Source: Candidatus Methylomirabilota bacterium
Lineage (GTDB): Bacteria; Verrucomicrobiota; Verrucomicrobiia; Limisphaerales; SXQI01
Direction: 5' to 3'
Length of the DNA: 64,000 bases
Assembly (NCBI GenBank): GCA_035627835.1
Contig: DASPKX010000172.1
Coordinates: 26,949-90,948 of the forward strand
The position numbers and the translations under genes are program-made. Positions 26,228-35,700 of the stretch are shown here, piece by piece. The notes below the pieces were generated by a model that ran no database searches, was not told the DNA's origin, and worked only from the letters and a program-made list of their open reading frames with translations. Numbering within the stretch: position 1 is the stretch's first letter; each line of letters starts with the position of its first letter.

Positions 26228-27952
26228 ATGCAACTCGCCTGCTGGCTCTGCGCTCTTGCGCTCATGATCCTTCCGCTCTCAGCGCAAACCAACATTGTTC
26301 CTGCGCTAATTACGGAGGACACCACGTGGTCCGGCACGAACCTGCTTCGCAACACGGTCACCGTTCGCAGCAATGCGACGGTCCGCATTATGCCGGGAGC
26401 GAAGATCCTCCTGGATTCCGCAGCGACCCTCGTTGTGAACGGGAATCTTTTTGCCGAAGGGACTCCCGCAGAACCCATCTCTTTTACCCGCGCTGCTGCC
26501 GGCCGACGTTGGAAAGGCATCCGGCTCATCAACTCCCGCGACACACGCTTCACGCACTCTGTGTTCGAGTACGCCGATTCTGCCGGAACGCACCTCGACT
26601 ACTACGATAACGATTGCAACACTAACACCCCCGCTCCGAGTCGTAACTATCACGAAGCGATTGTCGCTATTGCCAGCAACGTGACATTCGAGAGCTGCCT
26701 CTTTCAGAACCTTCCCGACAGCGCCGGAAGCCGGGAAGGCGACGCAGTCGCCATCATCTCCGATGATCCGCAAAATCCAGGGCCATCAAGCGCCATTTTT
26801 CACCGCTGTCGCTTCATCTCTATCGGCCAAGGGATACACTCCCGCTTCTCCTACATCCTCGTTGAGAACTCGTATTTTACTGACCACCATGGCGACAACG
26901 ACGACATCGACATGTACGGGGAAAGCGTCCCGCCGCCGATGATCCGCAACAACATTTTCCTCAATCCCGCGCATGATGATGCCATTAATCCCACCCGCTG
27001 TTCCGCCATCATCATCGGCAACGTCCTCAGTGGTGGCGACGATCACGGTATCGTCTTGCGGGACCGTTGCTCTCCGATCGTTCTGAATAATTTCATCTCC
27101 AACTTCGCCTCCGGCGGCATCTCCGTGCAAAACCAGTGCGACGCCTTGATAGCGAACAACACGATCGTGAACTGTGGCCGCGGCATTCGCCTCTTCGATC
27201 ATGACACCCGCTGGGGCGCGCCGTACTGCCTAAATCCCGGCAGCGGTCGCGCGACGGTCCTGAACACGATCATCTGGGATTGCAACGAATCCCTGACCCT
27301 CACTGATAGTCCATGGACGGGTGGTCGCGGCTCCCATGTGACCGTGGCTTTTTCCAACGTCGAAGGTGGTCGTGCTTCCGCCGCAGTGTCTGCCAATTCC
27401 ACTCTCGTGTGGGGTGAAGGCAATCGCTCGGTTGATCCCCACTTCGGCAGCAATTACACCCTGCGCGCGACCTCACCTCTGATCGACGCGGGCACAAACA
27501 AGTTCTGCTCCTTCACCATTGGCCCTGCGCTCGATGGAAACGGGGATGGCGCCGCCCTGCCGGACATCGGCGCTCACGAGTTCCTGCTTGCTACCGCAGA
27601 TTCCAACAACGACACGATTCCTGACGGCTGGACCGCCCAATTCGGCTTCTACCCGGGCTCTCCGGACCTGGCTGACAGCGACCCAGACGCCGACCAGCAC
27701 ACGACGCTTCAGGAATGGATTGCGAACACCAACCCAACCAACGCCGCCTCCGTCCTGCGTTTGAGCCTTACGCCTAACAACTCTGCCCTCACCTTTCCTT
27801 GGACGTCGGAGCGCACTTACAAGGTTCACTACACGACCAACTTGCTCGCCCCAGTTTGGACGGAAGCGCCGCAAAGTGAACCGGGCCGCGTGCCCCTAAC
27901 CCTCGACTTAGAAAGAGCCTTTTACCGGGTCCACGCACGCCTGCCGCAGTGA
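26228..27952 (+). CDS. Secreted right-handed parallel beta-helix repeat protein with C-terminal TSP3-like/FYRL module
   Basis: The ATG at 26228 gives the signal peptide MQLACWLCALALMILPLSAQT. Beta-helix turns repeat (IIGNVLSGGDDHGIVLRD.CSPIVLNNFISNFASGGISVQNQCDALIANNTIVNCGRGIRL). The C-terminus reads DSDPDADQHTTLQEWIANTNPTNAASVLRL ... RAFYRVHARLPQ. Confidence 0.8.
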   Translation: MQLACWLCALALMILPLSAQTNIVPALITEDTTWSGTNLLRNTVTVRSNATVRIMPGAKILLDSAATLVVNGNLFAEGTPAEPISFTRAAAGRRWKGIRLINSRDTRFTHSVFEYADSAGTHLDYYDNDCNTNTPAPSRNYHEAIVAIASNVTFESCLFQNLPDSAGSREGDAVAIISDDPQNPGPSSAIFHRCRFISIGQGIHSRFSYILVENSYFTDHHGDNDDIDMYGESVPPPMIRNNIFLNPAHDDAINPTRCSAIIIGNVLSGGDDHGIVLRDRCSPIVLNNFISNFASGGISVQNQCDALIANNTIVNCGRGIRLFDHDTRWGAPYCLNPGSGRATVLNTIIWDCNESLTLTDSPWTGGRGSHVTVAFSNVEGGRASAAVSANSTLVWGEGNRSVDPHFGSNYTLRATSPLIDAGTNKFCSFTIGPALDGNGDGAALPDIGAHEFLLATADSNNDTIPDGWTAQFGFYPGSPDLADSDPDADQHTTLQEWIANTNPTNAASVLRLSLTPNNSALTFPWTSERTYKVHYTTNLLAPVWTEAPQSEPGRVPLTLDLERAFYRVHARLPQ

Positions 27953-28201
27953 CCACGGGAAGCTCTTGTTTTTGGCCGCGGATGCGGCCCAACAGTCTAG
28001 CCCACGGGCAAGCGCCAGCGTGGCCCGTGGGTTAACCAAACAACACGACCAGCCTCCGTTAGGAGGCGAACAAATGCGCCGCATCATCTGCAACGACAAG
28101 GCGCTCGCAAGCACGCGTATGGCCCGAGAGATCCAATTCTTTGCGTGGAGAGCGACAGAACGAACCCGACCTTCTCACCTCGAAAGGCTCAAGGACGCAT
28201 C

Positions 28202-28230
28202 TTGACGTTCTGCCGGTACATTCCTATTAC
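28202..28230 (+). promoter_or_regulatory. Candidate sigma70-type promoter of htpG
   Basis: TTGACG (28202-28207), a 17-nt spacer, then TATTAC (28225-28230). The Shine-Dalgarno AGGAG lies at 28244-28248 and the ATG at 28251. If used, the leader would be very short. Confidence 0.45.
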
Positions 28231-28250
28231 CCCTGCGAGTTAAAGGAGAT

Positions 28251-30101
28251 ATGAGCCAAACAACGGAGAAGCATACGTTCCAAGCTGAGATTCAGCAGTT
28301 GCTGAATATCGTCATTCATTCGCTTTACACCGACAAAGAAATCTTCGTTCGCGAGCTGGTCTCGAACGCCGCGGATGCGCTGGAGAAACTGCGCTTCGCC
28401 CAATCGTCCGGCCAAACAGTGCACCAACCGGAACTCGGGCCTAAGATCAGCATCGAAGCGGATGAAGCCGCTGGGACCGTGACGTTCACGGACACCGGCA
28501 TCGGGATGAGCCATGCCGAGTTAATCCAGAATCTCGGCACGATTGCCCATTCGGGGTCAAAGGCCTTCCTGCAGCAACTCGCCGAAGGGCAAAAGCCTGA
28601 TGTGAAGTTGATTGGGCAATTCGGCGTTGGGTTTTACTCAGCGTTTATGGCTGCGAAGCGCGTAACGGTTTATTCGCGCTCGATGCGGCCAGAGGAGACC
28701 CCGTGGAAATGGACCTCCGATGGACTGGGTGGATACGAAATCGAGCCAGCGGAGCAGGCTCTGCCGCGCGGCACGAAGATCGTTCTGGAACTCAAAGACG
28801 ACCAAAAGGAGTTCGCCCAGAGCGCCACACTGGAGCGGATCATCAAGCGTTACTCAGCGTTTGTGCCGGTGCCGATTGAGGTTGGCGGGAAAGCGATCAA
28901 CACCGTTCAAGCGATTTGGGCGCGGAACAAAAACGAGATCAAAGAAGAGGAATACAACGAGTTTTACAAATACGTCGCGCACGAAGGTGACGCGCCTTTG
29001 ATGCGGCTGCACTTCACGGCAGATGCGCCGATCGCGATCCAGGCGCTCTTGTTTGTTCCGGCGAAGAATTTGGAGCTGCTTGGGTTCAATCGCGTCGAAT
29101 CTGAGGTCGATCTATATTCCAAGAAGGTGTTGATCCAGCGTCACGCCAAGGGCCTGTTCCCCGAATGGCTGCGCTTCCTGAAGGGCGTCGTGGACAGCGA
29201 AGACATGCCGCTGAACATCTCGCGCGAGACGATGCAGGACTCAAGCCTGATGCAGAAGCTGAACAAAGCTCTTACCAGCCGCTTCATTAAGTTCATCGAC
29301 GAGCAGAGCGAGAAAGATCCAGCCAAATACCAGGCCTTTTACAAGGAGCATTCGCGGTTCATCAAGGAAGGCGTGGTGCAGGATTTCACGCACCGCGAAG
29401 CCTTGGCGAAATTGCTCCGCTTCCAAAGCTCCCATTTGCCGACTGGCGAGCAAACTTCATTGGCGGAATACATCAAGCGGATGGGCAGCGAGCAGAAGGA
29501 GATTTACTACCTGCTGGCGCCGAACCGCGAGGCCGCAGAGAGCAGCCCGTATTATGAGGTGTTTGCCGAGCGCAAGCTGGAGGTGCTCTTCCTGAGCGAG
29601 CCGATAGACGAGTTTGTGATGGACCACCTGCACGAGTTCGACGGCAAGAAGCTAGTGGCAGCGGAAAAGGCTGATCTCGGCCTAGATCAGAAAAAAGAAG
29701 GCGGATTGAGCGACCAGGAAGCGGATCACCTCGCGAAGTGGCTCAAAGAAAAGCTCTCGGGCCGAGTCGAGGATGTGCAGGTTTCCAAACGGCTTGTGGA
29801 CAGCCCCGCTGTCGTGGTCGATGCCGACAAGTTCATCACTTCGAGCATGCGAAAAACGATGAAGGCAATGCGGCGTGACAGTGACTCGCCATTGCCTCCA
29901 GAACGTCACAACCTGGAGATCAATCCATCGCACCCGATCATCACGAAGCTCGCGGCCACCCGGTCGGCGGATGAAGATCTGGCTTCAACCGTTGCCGAGC
30001 AGATCCTGGACAACGCGCGCGTGGCCGCAGGATTGCTCGAAGACCCGCGCGCGATGTTGAAGCGGATGAACCAGCTCCTGGAGCGGGTGCTGCAGAAGTA
30101 A
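28251..30101 (+). CDS. htpG: Molecular chaperone HtpG (Hsp90)
   Basis: The N-terminus is FQAEIQQLLNIVIHSLYTDKEIFVRELVSNAADALEK. Other motifs are GTIAHSGSKAF, IGQFGVGFYSAFM and DMPLNISRE. Confidence 0.97.
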   Translation: MSQTTEKHTFQAEIQQLLNIVIHSLYTDKEIFVRELVSNAADALEKLRFAQSSGQTVHQPELGPKISIEADEAAGTVTFTDTGIGMSHAELIQNLGTIAHSGSKAFLQQLAEGQKPDVKLIGQFGVGFYSAFMAAKRVTVYSRSMRPEETPWKWTSDGLGGYEIEPAEQALPRGTKIVLELKDDQKEFAQSATLERIIKRYSAFVPVPIEVGGKAINTVQAIWARNKNEIKEEEYNEFYKYVAHEGDAPLMRLHFTADAPIAIQALLFVPAKNLELLGFNRVESEVDLYSKKVLIQRHAKGLFPEWLRFLKGVVDSEDMPLNISRETMQDSSLMQKLNKALTSRFIKFIDEQSEKDPAKYQAFYKEHSRFIKEGVVQDFTHREALAKLLRFQSSHLPTGEQTSLAEYIKRMGSEQKEIYYLLAPNREAAESSPYYEVFAERKLEVLFLSEPIDEFVMDHLHEFDGKKLVAAEKADLGLDQKKEGGLSDQEADHLAKWLKEKLSGRVEDVQVSKRLVDSPAVVVDADKFITSSMRKTMKAMRRDSDSPLPPERHNLEINPSHPIITKLAATRSADEDLASTVAEQILDNARVAAGLLEDPRAMLKRMNQLLERVLQK

Positions 30102-30102
30102 C

Positions 30103-31524
30103 TTACTTCTTTTGAGCGGAACTGAAGCCGGCTCGGGTCATGGTGCCCCAGCCGGTTTTCTTTCGCAGAAATTGCCAGATGCCTTCAATGCGCCAGAGGT
30201 TGTTCAACTGGCGGTAGCCGAAGTTCTCCAGAATGGCTGCCCCAGTGAGGCTCAGCAGGCCGCGGGCGCTTGGTGTTTCTTCCAGCGAAAGTTCTTCCAG
30301 CAGCAACGAGCTGACGCTGAGAAAGATTCCAAACGCTGCCAGCAAGGCCAGGTAAGCCAGGAAAAACTTGAGGCTCAGAATGCCGATAAGCCAGCAGAGC
30401 GGGATGAGAATGTAACCGGCTACTTCGACAATGGGGCCGATCACATCGAACAGAAAGTAGTAGCCCATTCCAAGAATGCCGACGGCGCCGTACTTGGGGG
30501 AGAAAATCATCTTCTTGTGATTGCGCAGGCATTCGAGAGTGCCGCGCTGCCAACGGGTTCTTTGGCGGCGGAGGATCGCGAGCGACTCAGGAGCTTCCGT
30601 CCAGCAAACAGGGTCCGGCACGTAGCGCATCGTGTATGGAATGTTCCGTTCGCGATAATAGCGATGGAGCTTCACCACGAGGTCCATGTCCTCGCCCACG
30701 GTGCCGTGGGAATAACCGCCGACCTGAATGGTGGCTGTGCGCTTAAAAACCCCGAACGCCCCCGAGATGATCAGCATGGCATTCATGCGGCTCCACGCCA
30801 AACGAGCCATGAGAAACGCGCGGATGTATTCCACCACCTGCATGAGAGCGACGGAATTGGTTGGCAAGCCGAATTCAACGATCTGGCCGTTGCGCACCTT
30901 GCAACCGTTGGCCAGGCGGATTCGTCCGCCAACTGCGATCATCAAATCGGGCTCCTCAACGTAAGGACGAACGACTTGCAGCAGCGCGTTCGAGTCGAGT
31001 ATTGAATCCGCATCCACAGCGCAGAAGAGCGGGTACCGCGAGAGATTGATGCCCGCATTGAGAGCGTCCGATTTGCCGCCGTTCTCCTTATCAATGACGA
31101 GCAGCTGCGGGTATTTAGGGCTGCCGTACAGACCGCGAATCGTCTTGTGCTGCACCGCTAAATGGTAGACGCGGTCCACACGCTCCAGGCCGAGCGCTGT
31201 CACAGCCGCCATCAGCGTGTTGTCCTTCGAGCCGTCATTGATAACGATGACTTCGAACTCTGGGTAGTTCAGGCCGAGCAAGGAATGGATGTTCTCGACG
31301 ATGGACTTCTCTTCGTTGAACGCTGGGACCAGGAGGGAAATTGGAAGAGTGACGTTGCTCGTGAGCAACCACCATGGCTCGACCTGCTTTTGGCGCAACA
31401 AGTGCCGGCGCAGTTCGATGGAGGCGAAGATCAACTGCGCCAGGTAAACAAGGCTTTGCAAGGCCAGCAGGGATACGGAGAACAAGCTTGTCCACCAAAG
31501 CGCTTCGCGCAGGTAGTGCGTCAT
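30103..31524 (-). CDS. Processive family-2 glycosyltransferase, PgaC/IcaA-like polysaccharide synthase
   Basis: Two N-terminal TM helices precede the catalytic motifs: ISLLVPAFNEEKSI, EVIVINDGSKDNT, GGKSDALNAG, AVDADS, GEDMD and RRQRTRWQRG (QxxRW). Three or four C-terminal TM helices follow. Confidence 0.9.
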   Translation of the reverse strand: MTHYLREALWWTSLFSVSLLALQSLVYLAQLIFASIELRRHLLRQKQVEPWWLLTSNVTLPISLLVPAFNEEKSIVENIHSLLGLNYPEFEVIVINDGSKDNTLMAAVTALGLERVDRVYHLAVQHKTIRGLYGSPKYPQLLVIDKENGGKSDALNAGINLSRYPLFCAVDADSILDSNALLQVVRPYVEEPDLMIAVGGRIRLANGCKVRNGQIVEFGLPTNSVALMQVVEYIRAFLMARLAWSRMNAMLIISGAFGVFKRTATIQVGGYSHGTVGEDMDLVVKLHRYYRERNIPYTMRYVPDPVCWTEAPESLAILRRQRTRWQRGTLECLRNHKKMIFSPKYGAVGILGMGYYFLFDVIGPIVEVAGYILIPLCWLIGILSLKFFLAYLALLAAFGIFLSVSSLLLEELSLEETPSARGLLSLTGAAILENFGYRQLNNLWRIEGIWQFLRKKTGWGTMTRAGFSSAQKK

Positions 31525-32561
31525 GCCAAACCTTTCTCCCGCAGCAATCCCCCTGCAATTTCCGCGGCCAACCCTTCGCCAGCGGCCGCATCCCAGAGCG
31601 CGAGCAGGCCGGGGCCTTTGAGGCGGGTGAGACTCTCACCAGCGGAGTAACGCACCCACCATTCGAAGTCGTGCAGGAGCTGCTTCAACAGTGGAATCGC
31701 GCGCGTATCCGCGAACGAGCCCGCTGTGGTCGCGGCCTGCGCGCGCACGAGGGGTGAGCTGTCTTGCAACCCAGCTTCAACCATCGGCCAGGCAGCAGGA
31801 TCCTGGGTGGATGCAATGGCTCGCAGCACAGCGCTCTTCACGTCGGCTGACGCTGTGCCGAAGATCTGCCTGAACGCATCAATCACTTCGGGAGTTGTGG
31901 ATTGGGAAAGCGCATCGATCAGGATGAGTCGCGCGGCGTCGTTTGTGTTCGAGAGAAGCGCCGAAATCATCTGCTCTGTATGGGTGTCCCCAAGAGTTCG
32001 AAAAAGCTCCGCCACCCGCAACGAACGGTGTCCCGCGGAGGCAAGCTTGGCGAGAAGGACGGGAATCTCTGGAGCGGCTCCCATCGCCGCCAAAGCGCGC
32101 GCAGCTTCCACGCGGACAGGGAAGACGGAATCATCCAGCGCATCATGCAACGCCTGTATAACGCGCTCTTGGGGATGCCACTGAAGCTTTTCGCAAGCTT
32201 CCATGCGGCGCCACCAGCGCCATGACTTGAGTTGCTGGAGGCCCGCTTCCACGACGCCCAGGGAGCGCATCAGCTCAACCATTTGATCGGCCAGCTCGCC
32301 ACGAATCTTTGGAATGGTTTCAGCGAAAGCTTGAAGAAGCAGGCGGCGGTCGCGCTTGCCAATTTGCTGGAGGAGCGCGCTGTGGTGCTCCGGCATTTCA
32401 GCGTATTCGAGGCCAAGAACAATGAGTTGGTCGATGCGCGCGCGCTCACGTTCGCGGATGCGGTTGCGATGCCAACGCTCAACCACGAGGCAAAACGCCG
32501 CAAGGAAAGAAAGGGCTGCCATCGCGAGCGACACCTGAATTACTGTAAACAGCAAATCCAT
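31521..32561 (-). CDS. Membrane-anchored HEAT-repeat protein, translationally coupled to the GT2 synthase
   Basis: The N-terminal TM helix is LFTVIQVSLAMAALSFLAAFCLVV. HEAT/PBS-lyase-like repeats follow (DSVFPVRVEAARALAAMG, DSSPLVRAQAATTAGSF, WWVRYSAGESL). The stop overlaps the GT2 start as ATGA (31521-31524). Confidence 0.8.
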   Translation of the reverse strand: MDLLFTVIQVSLAMAALSFLAAFCLVVERWHRNRIRERERARIDQLIVLGLEYAEMPEHHSALLQQIGKRDRRLLLQAFAETIPKIRGELADQMVELMRSLGVVEAGLQQLKSWRWWRRMEACEKLQWHPQERVIQALHDALDDSVFPVRVEAARALAAMGAAPEIPVLLAKLASAGHRSLRVAELFRTLGDTHTEQMISALLSNTNDAARLILIDALSQSTTPEVIDAFRQIFGTASADVKSAVLRAIASTQDPAAWPMVEAGLQDSSPLVRAQAATTAGSFADTRAIPLLKQLLHDFEWWVRYSAGESLTRLKGPGLLALWDAAAGEGLAAEIAGGLLREKGLA

Positions 32562-32586
32562 GGATTAGGGAGAAGAAGGAGAGAAC

Positions 32587-32620
32587 ATCCGCAGATTTCG
32601 CAGATTAACTCTGATTAAAC
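32587..32620 (+). repeat. Solo left arm of the GCAGATT repeat family (copy 3)
   Basis: The purine leader gggagaagaaggagagaa precedes ccGCAGATT tcGCAGATT aactCTGATT aaac. I found no matching right arm downstream. It sits in the divergent promoter region between the HEAT/GT2 operon and the TPR-barrel gene. Confidence 0.7.
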
Positions 32621-32766
32621 AGGACTTTCTCTCCATTAACAAAGGTCGTGCTCTTCGCGGTCGCGCGTGCTCCATGTAAACCAGAACTTCCCAAGTGAGT
32701 CCGGCTTGCCCAGTAGCGACCAAATGCTAGGCTCGCCGGGCGGACAGAGGGTAGCCGGTTCTTACA

Positions 32767-35700
32767 ATGACGAAAGCGCAAATTGTTGTTTCAAAACGGG
32801 TTCTGATTCAGCTCCTGGTGGCGGCGGCGCTTCATTTGCCTGATCTGCATGGCCAAACTTCGACTCCGGAAAGCATTCGCAACGCCATCAATCAGGAGCG
32901 TTTTGCCGAGGCTTCAGGATTGCTCAAGAGCGGTCTGACGAGCGCTCCCGGCAATCGAGACCTGTTGCTCTTGCGCACGGACTTGGCTGCCCGCCAAAGC
33001 CAATGGAAAGAAGCGCTGCAGGAGATTGGCGCTCTGCGCGCGCAGGAGCCAAACAATGCGGAGCTTCGCCTGAAGCAGGCGCAGATCCTGGCCTGGAGCG
33101 GGCGCTTGCGCGAGTCAGAGGCGGCCTACACGGAATTAATCGAAGCCAATCCCCGGGATGGAGATTCTTTGCTCGGGCGCGGCCTCACCCGCTTCTGGCG
33201 TTCGGATTGGGAAGGGGCTCTCGCAGACTTTAACAAAGCCATCGACATTGATGCGTCCAATGACCTGGCGTTCACTTCGATGTTGAAAGCGCTGATTGCG
33301 CAAGGGCGGCCCACGGAAGCATGGCAACTCGGCGCCTCGGCTTCACAGCTCAGCGCGGAAGGGAATCTGGCGTTGGCGAGCATCGCCGCGCAGGGGGGCG
33401 CCTTCAACGAGGCAGAGCGTCGCGCAACGGTCGCCGCGGAGGATCCGGACACGCAGCGGCAGCAGATCGTGCTGCGCGCGCAGCAGAAACTTCGCCTAGG
33501 GGAGGCGGATGCCGCGGTCCAGCTCGTGCGGGAGTTCAGCTCAAAGCGCACGAACGATTACCTTGCGCAAGTTGACTTGGGGAATGTGCTCGCGGCAGCG
33601 GATCGGCGCCGCGAAGCGCGCGTCGCTTACGAGCACGCCCAGACGTTGCGCCCTCAACGAACAGAGGCCCGCAAAGGTCTGGCGCGTCTGCAGTCTCGCG
33701 AAGGACGCTTGAACGGCAGCTTGAAATCGCACCAGGCGCTGATGGCTGAGAACCCGGAGGACGCGGAAGCCTCGTTGGGCGCGTTTCGTGTCGCGATGTT
33801 GCTGGGCAATCGGCAAGCCGCGCGTGAGGCCTTGCAGAAGGCGGAGAAAGCCGCGCCGAGATCCAGTGATGTGGCTGATGCGCGCGCGCTGCTCGCGCTG
33901 GTGAGTGGGTCCAGAGCAGAGTTCCAGTCGGTTGTCGAACGGTTCAAGGAGATGCAACCGCACGATTGGCGCGCGCAATATTGGAGCGCCTTGGTGAGGC
34001 AGATGAATGGGCAGAATCCAGCGGAGCCGCTGGAGTTGGACGTTTTGAACGCTGTCGGAAGCGCGGCCTTGCTGAGCATTCCAAGAGAGGGAGGCCTGTT
34101 TGCCGCGCGAACGGGGCTGGGAGCATTGCCCCCTGAACTTCAAGGCCCGGCAGCATCTGCGTTGGCGCGGGAACTTGCGCTGCAACTGCATCCACAGGGA
34201 GTTGAAGAACTGGCCGAATTCATGAGCCAGGAAGAAGCTCAGCGGGTTCGTGCCTTGCAGCAAGGGTGGAGCGCATATTTGGCGGAACCGCTGGTGCGTT
34301 CACCGCATTTTCCGATGGATCGCCGCGAGCAACTTCTGTGGCAGTTGCGCGAAACGGAGCGGAGGCTGAGAACCTTTTACGTCGAGGCCGACAGCGGGGT
34401 TTATCATCGTTGGCTGGCCAGACGGATGGCGTGGCTCAATAACGAGGAAGGCGAATACCAAAGCGAGGAGGCGCTGGAACGCGCGGTTGAGGAGATGATG
34501 GCCCTCATCGGCTTGCCGAGCGCGTGGACGGTTGCCGAGTGGCGCGAGGCGATTCGCGAAAGCGAGGAGGTTCTCGGGGCCAAGACGGCGCGCTACGAGG
34601 ATCGTTTGCAGGTCGCGCGGTGGCAGCAGAGCCGTTTTGATTGGAACAGGGCTTCTGAGGCCCTCGAACGTCTGCGCGAGGACTTCCCTAAAGCCGTAGA
34701 GCCGCATGAGCGGTTGGCATCAATTCGGAAAGCACAGGGCCGATGGGAATCCGCTGAGCGTGTTTACCTCCATTTGCAGGACGATGGGCTGCTCACGCCT
34801 ACGACTGAGCTGGAGCATATCGATCTGCATTTGATTCAACGTGAGGATGAGCTTGCGGAACGCAGGTTGGTTGAGCTGAAGGAGCAAGGGTTCTCCGAGC
34901 CTGAATGGCATGTGGCCTGGTCGCGCCTGGCCCAAAGCCGCTGGCGCTGGGAAGAGGCTTTGGAACGGGTAGAGCAAGGCCTTGCTGAGTATCCGGATTC
35001 TCCCCTGCTCCGCTCCGAGCAAGCAGAGTTGCTCCGGGAGCTGGGGCGCGAGGAGCAACTCGCGGACGCTCTTTCAGTTGAGGCTACACCCGAGTGGATC
35101 CGCCACGATTTAGTTCGCGGCGCCGATGACCAACTCAAGGAAAAGCCGGAAGGAAGCACGAACGCTTTTGCGCGCATCACAAACTCCGCGCCGTGGATCT
35201 ATTCGTGGGCGCATGTTTCAGACAACGGGTTCTCCCATGCGCAGGCTCGAAGCATTGGGCTGGGGCCGGATGAATTCGGATTAAGCGCGGGCCATGAGCT
35301 GGGCGTGATTGAGGACACTGACAACCTGGGCGCCAACCGGCCTGATTGGCACGATGCGTGGATGGCCGCTTACTGGCGCCGCAACCAATGGCAGACGTTT
35401 GCCTTGGATTATCACCACTATGAGCGGTTCGGCGGAAATGCAGACCAACTGAATCTCTCGATCGCTCAAGGTTGGACGCATGACTGGTTTGTTCGCGCGA
35501 ACGCTGGATTCGCGCTAAATGGCGACTTCATCCCTGAATGGCGCGCGGGCGCTGGGGCGACTTACCGCTGGCATCGCCGCTTTCTTAATCATCTCGATGT
35601 CAACTATCTCGAGTTCAAGGACGTTAACGTCTGGCAATTTGTTCCCGCTCTGACCTGGTGGTGGAGCCCTGAGTTCAGCTCGGATGCGCGGCTGTACATT

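Noticed and set aside
28199-28232. Sigma32 heat-shock promoter upstream of htpG
   Set aside because: CTTGAC resembles the CTTGAA -35, but the -10 region (CCTATTAC) matches CCCCATnT only partially. The same bases fit a sigma70 TTGACG-N17-TATTAC at least as well. I report it only as a generic promoter candidate.
30112-31005. 297-aa plus-strand ORF
   Set aside because: It is antisense to the GT2 synthase, whose catalytic motifs and TM helices are unambiguous on the minus strand.
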